Positions 42,026 through 52,503 of a stretch of DNA of 54,903 bases are shown piece by piece. Made by a program: the position numbers and the translations under genes. Below the pieces are notes generated by a model that saw only the letters and a program-made list of their open reading frames with translations, had not been told where the DNA came from and made no database searches. Within the stretch, counting starts at the first letter, position 1, and each line of letters starts with the position of its first letter. Where the stretch lies: positions 1-54,903 of the forward strand of contig JWZX01003338.1 of NCBI GenBank assembly GCA_001275005.1, in the 5' to 3' direction. This DNA comes from Chrysochromulina tobinii (taxonomy: Eukaryota).

Positions 42026-44234
42026 TCAGGGTCCCATCTTGGGGTACCACGGGTTTTTGGTGTCAAAAGTCCGGCCGAAACGGTCTCTGTGCGGTAGCAC
42101 GTCCCACAGGAAGTCGTACCAGATGTGGCCGGCGCCGCGCCCGCCAGGCGGATTGCTGCAGCACCAGAGGCTGGAGTAGCCACGCATCACATTCTCGAAC
42201 GCGTCGACCTTATTCGCGGGCAGCAGCGCGCGGTAGTCGGGTGGGGGGGTACGGAGCCGAAGGACTTTGGCGGAGCCGTGGTCGGCCTTCAGCTGCGCGA
42301 CCAGCTGCTGACCCACCTCGCGCGCCACCGCCGCGTCCGAGCCATCGGCGGCGACGCGAGGCACTCCGGCGACGCTCACGTTGCGCTGGCTGCTGAGCAC
42401 GGCGGCGGGCGTGCGCGGGTTACAGAGCATTGAGGACTCACGCAAGACGAGCTCCGGCTTTCCAATGCGCTCGAGGTCGATGACGTGGTCCGCCGGGCAC
42501 TCGAGCAGCGGCAGCCGCGCCGCGGAGCCCGGGATGATGCCCTGGTGCGGCGCCCACCAGCGGTCGAGGCCGCACACGAGCCGAGGCAGGATCAGGATGC
42601 GCCCGAGCTCCTTGGCGAGTGCAAAGGCGTTACGCATCTGCGTGAGCTGGTGGTGCACAAGCGCAAAGTGCTGCTCGACTGAGCCGCGCAGCTTGAAGTC
42701 CTGCGTACCGTCCGGCCCGACCTTGCCGCCGTTGGGGTAGACCATCTTGTAAGGCAAGTCGGGCTCGTAGACGAGGAACTGACCGGTGTAGTACTCGTGG
42801 TCATCTTCCCACATCATCGACTCGCGCAGCCGGTGCCGCTTGCCTTGCGCACCGCCGTACTGGAAGGTGGTGTGCACCATGTACGGGTGCTCGTGCATCA
42901 GATGCGCCATGCGCGACACGAAGAATGTGTGGCCGGACGCGAAGAGCGCGACGGGCAGCACGCCCGCCATCACGTGCGTGCCGTCGCTCTTTTTATACAT
43001 TTTGCGCAGTCGGTTCTTATCGACCGCGTGCTCGCTGTCCATCTGGAGCACCTGCCCGAAGAGCACCTGGTCCCAATCGTTCTTGCGCTTGAAGCACATG
43101 TCGCGCCACGCCTCGACAAACTCGACCGCGTTCGCCTTGATGTAAATGTAACCGATATTGAAGGCTGAGTAGAAGCCCCCGAGGCCCTCGAGGCCCGTGT
43201 CTTCGTAACCGTTAGTCGCGACAAGGTGGTCCGACGACATGAGCACGTCCGCCGTGGGGCGGCGCGCGGATGTACGGGAACGGGTCGCGCAGGATGAACG
43301 CGTCCGCGTCGACGGTGATGCAGTCGACGCCCGTCTTCGCAAGGTTCAGCACGAGCTGCACCTTATGCAGCCCAAGCTCGCGAAAGGCTTTCGTACCCCA
43401 ACCGTAGTCACTGGTGGTGAGCCCGGTGCCATCACTGCCACTCATGATGAACGACGGGATCCCGTTGGTCTGCAGCCCGCGCAGCGCCTTCACGTCCAGC
43501 GCCCCCACAAGGAAGTGTGGGTTGCGGAGAGCGAGCAAGTGCTTGACGAAAGTGTACGCAAAGTCAAGCCGATTGTAGTTGACGTACGTGGCGATGAGCA
43601 AGTTGTCCGACGATGCATGCTTCTTAGCGAGCTCCTTCGTGAGGAATGGCTTCTCGTCGGGCGGCGTCAGCTGCGGCAGCGGCGGCTTGAGCGCCGAATA
43701 CGGCGCCGGTTTGGGGCACCACTCGCCGTTGGCCATCTTCACCTCTTTATCGGACCACCACGAGCCCATAGGCACGACGCCAGTCGGAACGGGGGGCGCC
43801 TTGCGCTCCGGCAGTGGCGCAGCGATGTGACCCGATACGCCCGGTACGTCCGCGGCCTCGACCGGCACCGGGGCCGCGGCTGCAGCGGCTTCAGCGCGCT
43901 TAGCAGCGTCCTCGGCTTCAGCTGCGATGCGCTCCCCCTTCCTTTTTTCTTTCTTGCGGCGATGAACATCTAGCTCCTCTCCCGACACTGGCGTCGGAGC
44001 AGCGGCATCGTCAGGAGGCGGGAGTGTGAACGCGTCGCCACTCTGCTTTAGGAGCCGCGCGTTCAGCTTACGCTCGAGAGTGGCAACGCGCTCACGAAGA
44101 AGCAGGAGCTCGGCCTGCGCGGCCGGGTCTTCCGAGGCGTGCACGCTCTGGTTCTGGCTGCCCTGCATGTTGAGCACTGCGATGATCAGCACAGTGCCGC
44201 CGAGGGCGCCGATCCAAATGCCGCGACCCGACAT
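42026..44234 (-). CDS. GT77 nucleotide-diphospho-sugar transferase, XEG113-like arabinosyltransferase, with one +1 frame break at 43256-43259
   Basis: Type II membrane anchor and stem; DxD motif in VDADAFILRDPFPY; then ADVLMSSDHL, FNIGY, WDQ, LFASGHTFFV, VHTTFQYGGAQGKRHRLRE and HFALVHHQL...LILP..VCGLDRWW. Confidence 0.85.
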
Positions 44235-44370
44235 AGTTATTCCACTTCGCAAATGTTTCCGTAAACAGAGCCTTCACATGCTCGCATGAACGCCGTCGTA
44301 CTGAGTCGTCCCATTCATGTACTCATCGTGATGCCGTTCTGTACACATCGCGCTCGTATTTTCCGCGCCA

Positions 44371-45417
44371 ATGGACACGACCGCCCAAGAGAGTCGGCCG
44401 CTCCCCGTGCGGCCCGTGAGCGCCCGCGTGAGAACCCCGTCCGAGGCGCCGCCGCCGATCCGTTCGGCCACGCAGATGCGGCAGGATCAGCTGAGCGCCC
44501 GAGTCAATGGGGACGCGCTGCTTCCGACGGGGCTGCGCGGCGTCGACTGGTTGCTTGGAGGCGGTCTCGCGACGGGCGAGGTGACCGAGATCTTTGGGGG
44601 ACCCGGCGTGGGCAAGAGCCAGCTGTGCATGCTGGCCAGCGCCTCACAGGCGCTGTTCACTGGACGCACGGCGCTGTACATTGATACGAGCGGGCAGTTT
44701 TCGGCGCAGCGATTGTTCGCGCTAGCGAATGCCACGGCCACGCGTGAGGGGCTGTCGCGCGACGCGTGCAAGATTCGTCTGAGTCAGCGGCTACGGGTGC
44801 TGACGACGACGACGCTGCCCGACTTGCTCTGCCAGCTCGACGCCCTCGATGAGCTGCTGCGCCGAGGCGCGGCGCCCGCCGCGGTGTGTGGCGGTGCACA
44901 TACAGCCGGTGCACACATGGCGCCAGTGCACGAACCGGGCTCCATCGAGGCCGAGTGGGCGCGGCACCTGCGGGTCGTGGTCGTCGATTCGGTCTTCAGT
45001 GTTTGCTGTGGCGAGCGGGTCGAGGAGCCGGACACGGTTGCCGGTGCGCAGCTTGCCAGACTGGGAGCGCGCCTCAGAGATCTCGCGGTGCGCCATCGGC
45101 TGGCCGTGCTCGTCACCAACGCCGCCCGCTTCGAATCCACACATATTCGTCACGGCGACGCGCCCCCGACCGATGCCCGCCCGCCACGGCCCGCGCTTGG
45201 CGTTGCCTGGTCCAGCACGGCGCACGCCCGAGTGTTCCTGTACAAGAAGGCCAACGACGATCGGACCGTGGTGAAGCTGCTCCAGCACGGGCTGACCGCG
45301 CGCGCGGTGCCGCAGACAGCAACTCTGTTGGCTTCGGCCTTCGTCCAGTTTGGACCCGACGGCACGGTTACGAGCGAGCGGCGCCTGGCGGCACGGAATA
45401 GACCTCTTGGCCCTTGA
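44371..45417 (+). CDS. RAD51 paralog, RAD51D-like
   Basis: LPTGLRGVDWLLGGGL, Walker A GGPGVGKSQ, LYIDT, Walker B VVVVDS, VLVTN and PALGVAWS. Confidence 0.85.
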   Translation: MDTTAQESRPLPVRPVSARVRTPSEAPPPIRSATQMRQDQLSARVNGDALLPTGLRGVDWLLGGGLATGEVTEIFGGPGVGKSQLCMLASASQALFTGRTALYIDTSGQFSAQRLFALANATATREGLSRDACKIRLSQRLRVLTTTTLPDLLCQLDALDELLRRGAAPAAVCGGAHTAGAHMAPVHEPGSIEAEWARHLRVVVVDSVFSVCCGERVEEPDTVAGAQLARLGARLRDLAVRHRLAVLVTNAARFESTHIRHGDAPPTDARPPRPALGVAWSSTAHARVFLYKKANDDRTVVKLLQHGLTARAVPQTATLLASAFVQFGPDGTVTSERRLAARNRPLGP

Positions 45418-45432
45418 AGTGGAATTTGCGAC

Positions 45433-45570
45433 CTCGCCGGCTCCTTTGCGACGCCGGAAGAGGCAGCCTTGCACTACGCGAAACGCTTTGGAGCGGAGCG
45501 GGCGGCGGCAAAGGCGGCCGAGGCGAGGAGCGAGGGTCCACGGCCGCCCTCGGCGGACGAAACCAGGGCT
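45433..45570 (+). pseudogene. Isolated AP2/ERF-like domain fragment
   Basis: Translates LAGSFATPEEAALHYAKRFGAERAAAKAAEARSEGP, the C-terminal half of an AP2 domain; it has no start codon of its own. Confidence 0.6.
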
Positions 45571-46367
45571 ATCCCAACCCCGAAGAGACTCCAAAGGAGC
45601 AATGCAAAGGAGGCTGTCCATACAAGAAGAAGGTACGTGAATAGTAGCAAACGGATGAAGAAAGTGTTGGGGAAACTGCGGCGGCCGACACGCCATCCCG
45701 CGACACAATCGACACAAATGCCCCCTCTCGTGGAAAGCCTTGTCAAAGATAATACGTAGATAATACGATCTCAGCAGCACAAATCTAACACAAATCAGCA
45801 CGACGCCCCCGTATTAAGCCCCCGTACAGTCCTACAGAAGGCCCGTCTACGGTAGCGTGATGCCGCAGCACGAATCGAAAAGCGAGCGGCGCGGCGTGTC
45901 GTCGCTGTCGGCTCCGTTCGGTTATTTCGTCCCTCTCGCACTCTCGGAGTCGCCGTCAGGCCTTGTGACCCTGAAGGCTTTTTCGATCGAACTTCGAAGC
46001 CTATAAGGCGTCGAAAGGGGCTGTGGCTGCTCCAGCACCAAACCCTCAACTTCGAGAAGTGGCGTGGGCCTCCAGTGGGAAAGATTTGGTGTTCGCGCCG
46101 TGGCTGTTTAGTTCGGCGTTCACGGTTCGGTTGGGTTGACGCGCCACGCGGATCGCGGTTCGCTGTGCGAACAGCGAAACAGCGAATTGCGGCGTACATC
46201 CTGATCCTCGGGTCCGACGTTCGCGGACAATGGCGACCGTCTAGATGCTCCTCTGAGCCTCGCAATCTGCTCGGCCGGCTGTTAATCCTGCCTCTGCATG
46301 GCCTTCTGATCTTCTTGAAAATTTATTGACGTACACCGCAAACTCTCGTCCTTTCGTTTCCCAGGAT

Positions 46368-47051
46368 CTATCGTCTCGAACCCTCCTGTCCAGGAATGAA
46401 CGGGCGCGGCGCGTCTGCGCGCTGGCCAGCTGCTTCAACGTCCGCGAGCACGTCCATTGTAGTGTACACGACGCGCATCGACTGTTTCAGCACTGCCGCC
46501 TGCATGGAGGTGCGTGAGCTTGTACCTGCGAGCTCATCGACTGAAAGCTCTGAGAGCGGCCGACCGGACGCCTTGGCTTCGATGAGCTGTTCGACGAAGG
46601 GGCGGTGCTGTGCATACAGCACGGCCGGCACTAGGCTCTCGACTGTTCCACTGCCGATCCCACGGCTTGACAGCGTCATGTACGCAAGCGCAAGCCAAAG
46701 TGTGCGAAGGTCGTCTTCCTCCGTCGCGAGCGGTCGGCCAGCGCTTTGCACGGGCAATGCGCGCATTCTCTGACCGAGCGCGTCGATCGCGCAGTCACGC
46801 TCTAACCCAGCCTGCGCCGCCGCGATCAGCAGCTTGAGTTCTGTCACGTCGCCTCGGGCAATGCCCATGACTGCAGGCACAAACGCAGCCTCGACAAGCT
46901 GTGCCACCGATTGCTCGTCAAGCACAAAGCCATCCGCATCGGGGCTCGTCACAGTGCAGCGCGCAGCCCGCAACCGCGAAGGGCGTGGGTGAGCTGCGAA
47001 GGCCAGGAGAAGCACGACCGAGTGCACAACGCCTGTGACGACGCCAAGCAT
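46368..47051 (-). CDS. Hypothetical protein, probably plastid-targeted
   Basis: 227-codon ORF with a hydrophobic leader ending LA-F, an Arg/Ser-rich transit-like segment and a helical-looking body. Confidence 0.7.
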   Translation of the reverse strand: MLGVVTGVVHSVVLLLAFAAHPRPSRLRAARCTVTSPDADGFVLDEQSVAQLVEAAFVPAVMGIARGDVTELKLLIAAAQAGLERDCAIDALGQRMRALPVQSAGRPLATEEDDLRTLWLALAYMTLSSRGIGSGTVESLVPAVLYAQHRPFVEQLIEAKASGRPLSELSVDELAGTSSRTSMQAAVLKQSMRVVYTTMDVLADVEAAGQRADAPRPFIPGQEGSRR

Positions 47052-48620
47052 CGCGACCTCCGTTTCCGACGTTTCGTCAAAAGTTTCCGAAAAGTGCGCG
47101 AGCCTCGCATCTTAGATACCGAGCGATGCGGCGCGGCGCGCTTTTGACGACAACACGCGCGGTGGTTTCATTTCGGTCCTAGAACACTTTCGCCATGCGT
47201 GGTGTCCAGTGGTCGGCCGGAAACGCAGACGGCACGGACAGTAAGGACACGGCACCTATCACGTTCGTTCAGTACTACGAATGCTGCTAGTCAGCGGAAC
47301 GAGACCGCTCATGCCAGCTACGGGCGTTCGCATCCCGCAACGAGGGCAGCCGCACAGCCAGTCTAGTTTACGCAACGCGCAGTTACGCGTTGACATTTCC
47401 GGCGCCATCGTGGCTCCCACGGCTGGCAACGATGGAGCAGCGTTAAGATTGGTTACGCGGATGCAGTCGTCACTGCTTTCTGGTACGATCGTGCAGCATC
47501 ACCCTGGCCAGCGGCCGCCGAGTCAGCTACGTCCGCTGCCGAGTACCCTTCTTGGGCGCAAACCCGCAGTTCCGCTGGTGATCGCGCCGTTTTCTGAGGA
47601 ACGGCTTCGCGAGCTGATCCCGTCTCCAACGGTCGGCACGGTCGCCGAGCTGGCTCCGATAGCGCACCCTTTGCACTCGTCTTCCTCGGGACCGCTCTTT
47701 CCAGCAGCACACAGGCAACAGCTGAATTCAATGCCGACCCAGCGGCCTAGCCCGGCGGCCGACCATGACCCAGCGGTACGGCGTCTGCACGTCGGCCGAG
47801 GACACAGTGCGGCGGTACGTGCGTCGCGCACACCCGAAGCGCGGCTCGCCGAGATATCGAGCTTGCAGATCAACATGTCGAAGTCTGAGCCACCTGTGAG
47901 GCCGCGTGGTAGCGGCCGGCTTGGCGGCAGGCTCATCCTCCCGCTTAGAGGAAACGACCCGGAGGACATGACAGATGTAAGCGGGCCACCGCGTCGACGT
48001 GTCCGGTCCACAGTGGTGCCGCCTGTAACACCGTCACAGCTATTTCCGCCTGGCCGGCAGCCACCTCCAAAATCGCCTGTAACGAGTAGTAGAAGTCCGG
48101 AGGCGGAGCAGCCGTCCTAACCTCAGTCCTAACCAGTCCGAAGTAATCACAATGACAACCACACAACATCAACGCTTATCAACGCGTCGCAGGAGTAGGA
48201 TGAAACGACAGAGTCGTCAAAACCACTGTCCATGCTACTGTGATCTGTGTTACCCTGTGAACTGTCACCTTGATTACGAGGTTTAAGCCGAACTGTCCTG
48301 GACGCCGCGCGCCGACGACCGCGGCGCGGGCGGCGGCGGGGGCGAGTCGGGCTAACCGCCGCCCGCCACCGGCAGACCGGCACCCGCGCCGCGGCCGCCG
48401 GGCCGCCCCAGGGCGTGGGCGGCGGAATCGCAGATTGGGACGGGACTGCGGACAATTGACTGCGGATCATCATCAAACATCATCGATCCATCTTCCATGC
48501 ATCGATCATCGGCCGCGGTCCGCGGTCGGAGTCGCGCCCCGCCGAGCGCCGTGCGCGGACCCTCCCGCGGTGGTGCTCGTGCAAACCCCAAGTGGATAGT
48601 GGTGAGCCCGATGATGAACT

Positions 48621-48685
48621 TTGTAACTTACCAAGCTACCTACACATTGGCAGGACCCCCTGAATTGCGGTGGGGGAATTTGAAG
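48621..48685 (-). mobile_element. Second copy of the 65-nt element
   Basis: Exact reverse complement of 33361-33425. Confidence 0.7.
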
Positions 48686-49639
48686 GGGATGTCGGCGTGG
48701 GAGTAAGGCGGCATGCGGCATGGAACATGTAACGGCACCTGTTGACACGACGGGACCCGGGCATGGAAACCTGCTTGTTCTCCTCGTTGCTTGTTCTCCC
48801 CGTTGCTTGCCGTGGGCTCGGTGCTCGTCGTCATTCCTTACTGTCGGGGCTTGAACCCCTCCGGTCTCTTGTTGTCTGTTTCATTTCGTCGTTCACAGTT
48901 CTCGCCTCGCTCTGGAACCGTGACTGACGCTTTTTCATGGACGTGTCGTCCCGCGCACTCTCAAGGCGGCCGCCGTGTACACGCTGTTCGTTCTCTCCTC
49001 CGGCCCGTGACGCTCCCCGGGCCTTTGGCGTTGTGCCCCTCTCCTTCCTCCAGCCACCACCATAGCCGGATTCCTTCTTTGACTCCCTCCATCGCCGTTT
49101 GTGCTCTGCCTCGCCTCCTGCCTTCCACCTGTTGTTGCTGCCCTTCCATGTCTGCCGTCGTGTCAATCCCTTCCGCCGTGCCACTCCCTTCCGACGAGGG
49201 CGGACGGCGGAAGTCGAAACGGCTTAGAGTTACCCGCTTACCCCGCGAACTCATCTTGACAGCACCGCAGCTGTCCCACGTCACTAACAGCAAACTCCAA
49301 ACAGAGTACGACCTCCACTTACCACTACACGGTGCACCGTTAACTACGTACATCTTCAACCATTGAAACAGTTGTTAATGTGCACTCCACTGTGTTGTCA
49401 GACCAGAGGTCACCAGTGCATGTGAGCTCCCCAATGTGAGAGGTCACCAATGACACCATATCACCAAACTTGGCTCTTGAGGGCGTTCGTGCGCTTCTTG
49501 ATTGAATGGACGGCGGGCGCTCCAAGGTCCGAGGCGGGCTGCGCGATCTCACCGCATATTTCGTGTGAGTGGAGACTGCAAGCTGGAGACTGCAAGCTGA
49601 TCTATTCCGAGATGCCCCCACCGCTTCTTCCGAATGATT

Positions 49640-51654
49640 TCATGGCGGAGCCACGGGCAAAGCCGTTGGCAGAGCCATAGGCAGAGTCGACGGCCCAGGT
49701 GAAGGGATTGGCAGTGCCACGGGCAGCGCGGCGGCCAAGCCTGACATTCCGCCTAGCATGACCTGCTGTCCCGGCGGCAAGCGCATCGCGGGCAGCGCGC
49801 GCTGCCCGCGCTGCGTGATGAATCGCTGGAGCTCGTCGACGTTATCGTGCGCGGTTCGCCCCTGTGCGGCTTCGGAGATGATCTCGAAGGCCCACTCGCC
49901 CGTGCCTGATGAGCGAGGCCATCAGAGGGCTATTAGAGGGCAATCAGAGGGCAATCAGAGGACATCAGAGGCAATTAGAGGGCTATTAGAGGGCAATCAG
50001 AGGGCCATCAGAGGCAATCAGAGGCAATCAGAGGGCTATTAGAGGGCAATCAGAGGGCAATCAGAGGCAATCAGAGGCACGGCTCGCTCGCCCTGTACGT
50101 ACCCGCGTCGCGGTAGAGCATGCCCACAACCATCGCGGTGTGCTTGTCGAGAAAGGAGCAGTTGTGGATTTCGAACTTTGCGAGGTCGCGGCAGCTGCCG
50201 GTGTCGTACAGGTGGCACGAGGCGCCCTTGACGTCATCAAGCTCCTGGCCGCTGTACGAGTTGATCACGAAGCCAATGTACGCGACCGCCGGGTGCACCT
50301 TGGCAAGGTTCAGGAAGATCTTCTCGTCGTCGCCCTTTTCGTCGCCCTCGCGCTCGTCGCCGCCGTGCCGAACCGAACCGTCTGAGGAGCTCAGCTTATT
50401 AAAGAAGACGAGGTCGACTTGGCGTAGGTTGGCGTCGAGAAGCAGCGCAGAGGCGTCGAGGTCGATGTTGACGCCATTCGTCACGTCCCATGCGAGGCCG
50501 AGGCCTAGGGTAGGGGGCAGCTGCCCTTCTGGCACGTAGTCGCGTACACGGATCACGCCGCCCTTGCGCATGATCGCGACACGGTCCGCCAGGTTGACCT
50601 TGATCCCAGGCACGAGGTCCTTCGAGTACATTTGAATCTCGGGCGCGAGGGTGCCCCAGTCACGCGCCGTGTGGTCGTACTCGCCGATGGCCTGCAGGGT
50701 CCATGGCGTGCTGGCCGACACGCGCGCGATCCGACCGAGGAAGCAGGCCGTGTGCATGCCGCCCGTGCCAGGGTAGAAGCGGCACTTTTCAACGCCGGTC
50801 TGCATATCAATCAGGCGCATGCGCGCGCTCTTGACGTCTGCAAAGGACTTGCCCTCGGTCGCAACCGTGCCTACAAGGTAGAGCGCGCACACGCTCGGCG
50901 GCACGCGCTCGAGCTGGATGTGGATCATCTCGTCATCGCCTTCGCCCAGGTCTGCGTCGCCTTCACGTTCGTCGCCAGAGTGCCGCACGGCACCGGAGGC
51001 TGAGTGAAGCTGTGCGAAGTAGACGCTCTCGGACATGTTGATCTTGCCGTCGAAGCCGAGTGCGACACACGCTGTGTCCAGATCGATGGCCGCCTCCGTG
51101 AGCGAGCGCTTGCCCGCGAGCGGCTCCCAGCCGAGGCCGACTGCGAGCATGCCGCTCGGACCGAGCTTCGTGGTGTCCTTAGGCTGCAGCGAGACCGCGC
51201 GGCGCAGGAGCGCCACGATCTTGATCTTGAGCTCCCCCGTCGCGTTACTGCACCCTTTGCATTTCTGTACGGGAAAATACCCCTCGCGCTCCTTGCCTTT
51301 GATCAGCTCTCGCAGCGGGATGTGCACCTCACCCATCGGGTCGTCGCTACCTTCGAGGATGCCCTTGTCCGAGTCGAAAATGCTGAAGACAATCGGCAGG
51401 TCGGGTTGGTACTGCTTTCCGACCAGCACGGACTTGAAGCCGTGGTCGTACGTGGGTGCCAGCGTCTTGTCTTTCACCTCGGTCTTTGTCAGCTTCTGGC
51501 CGCCAAAGGAGACGACAACGTACGGGTCGGAAGTCTTCTTGGCGCCCATACTGAGCATACCGGTGCCATCCTTGGCGACTAGGTTGCGGCCAGAGATAAT
51601 CGTGCAGTCGATCTCGCAACCAAGCACGTCGTCGTCCTCGCGACGAGCCGCCAT
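49640..51654 (-). CDS. C2 domain plus two TerD domains (605 aa, two exons) with a Pro-rich tail
   Basis: C2: IISGRNLVAKD, SDPYVVV, KTLAPTY, FDSD. TerD motifs GLGWE/GLAWD, DLD and VRH.GDEREGD...DDE.I occur twice. Intron GTACGT...CAG 50102-49906 joins exon 2 GEWAFEIISEAAQGRTAHDNVDELQ. Confidence 0.9.
49915..50078. repeat. Intronic minisatellite of 10-11-nt units (AGAGG(G)CAATC / AGAGGGCTATT)
   Basis: About 15 degenerate tandem units fill most of the 197-nt intron. Confidence 0.92.
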
Positions 51655-52059
51655 CGGGTGAGCAAAACCCTCGCTCGGAAGGTTCGCGGACCCTAAATCG
51701 CGGCTGTGAATGTGGGAGTTTCAAGAAACAATTGGTTGTGATGCGACCCCGTACCGAGCAACTTACGGTAAAAAGAACCTCGAAATTCCGCAAGGGCACT
51801 TCCCGAGCGCTTCAGCCTGGCGCATGGACCAAGAGGATCCGCCATCTCGATTCTCGTGCCAGGTGGGTGCGGGTGGCCTGGCTCCTGGCTACCGTACGCC
51901 CGCCCCACAATTATGTAGCGTGTGATGTGGGAGTGAAGGTGTGAAGTCTGCAGACAGTAGACGATGGGAGTTTGATGGAGGGAGAAGACTCGGACGTGAT
52001 GGAGTCATCACGGCGCACGACGACAGGTGTATGCAATTGGGTGTATGCATGGAACGAAA

Positions 52060-52208
52060 CACTGTTGTACATGTCGGTACTACGCAGTCTCTGTTTAGCG
52101 TGCCCCCGGGCACGATGGCCGGTCCCGAGCGCGCACTGTTGTGCATGTCGGCACTACGCACAGTCTCTGTTTAGTGTGCCCCCGGGCACGATGGCCGGTC
52201 CCGAGCAC
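52060..52208. repeat. Tandem duplication of a ~75-nt unit containing a GTGCCC-cc-GGGCAC hairpin
   Basis: Units start at 52060 and 52134 and differ by a few substitutions and a 2-nt indel. Confidence 0.88.
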
Positions 52209-52503
52209 TAAGCTTTCAGGGATCCCCGGCGTATACATTCCGAACGGGCTCGCGCCATCTCGAAGTGGATCTCGAGCATGGGTACTCGCAGAGAGCCTCT
52301 TCAAGTAACCATCTTCGTTCTCGTTCAATCGGCCAGCTTCCAAGCATTCAACCCCGTATCAGATACTCTGTGGTCTGTGGAGAACGGATTGGACTTTCCA
52401 GCGCCGCTGTGTAACGCTCGTTCCTTGGTATCGTTCCATGCGCATCGAGGACCTCCGTGCTGCGCATTCACCCATCCGCAGCCAGGATTGGTTGAGCTCG
52501 TGG

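Noticed and set aside
47281..48120. 279-aa plus-strand ORF
   Set aside because: Pro/Ser/Arg-rich with no domain and weak codon bias; not supportable as a gene.
49915..50078. Regular repeats resembling a CRISPR array or telomere
   Set aside because: Units are contiguous with no unique spacers, no cas genes are present, the unit is not a telomeric repeat, and it sits inside a spliceosomal intron.
50071..50102. ORF-track C-terminus GTYRASEPCL of the C2-TerD protein
   Set aside because: This is read-through into the intron; splicing supplies the missing TerD end.
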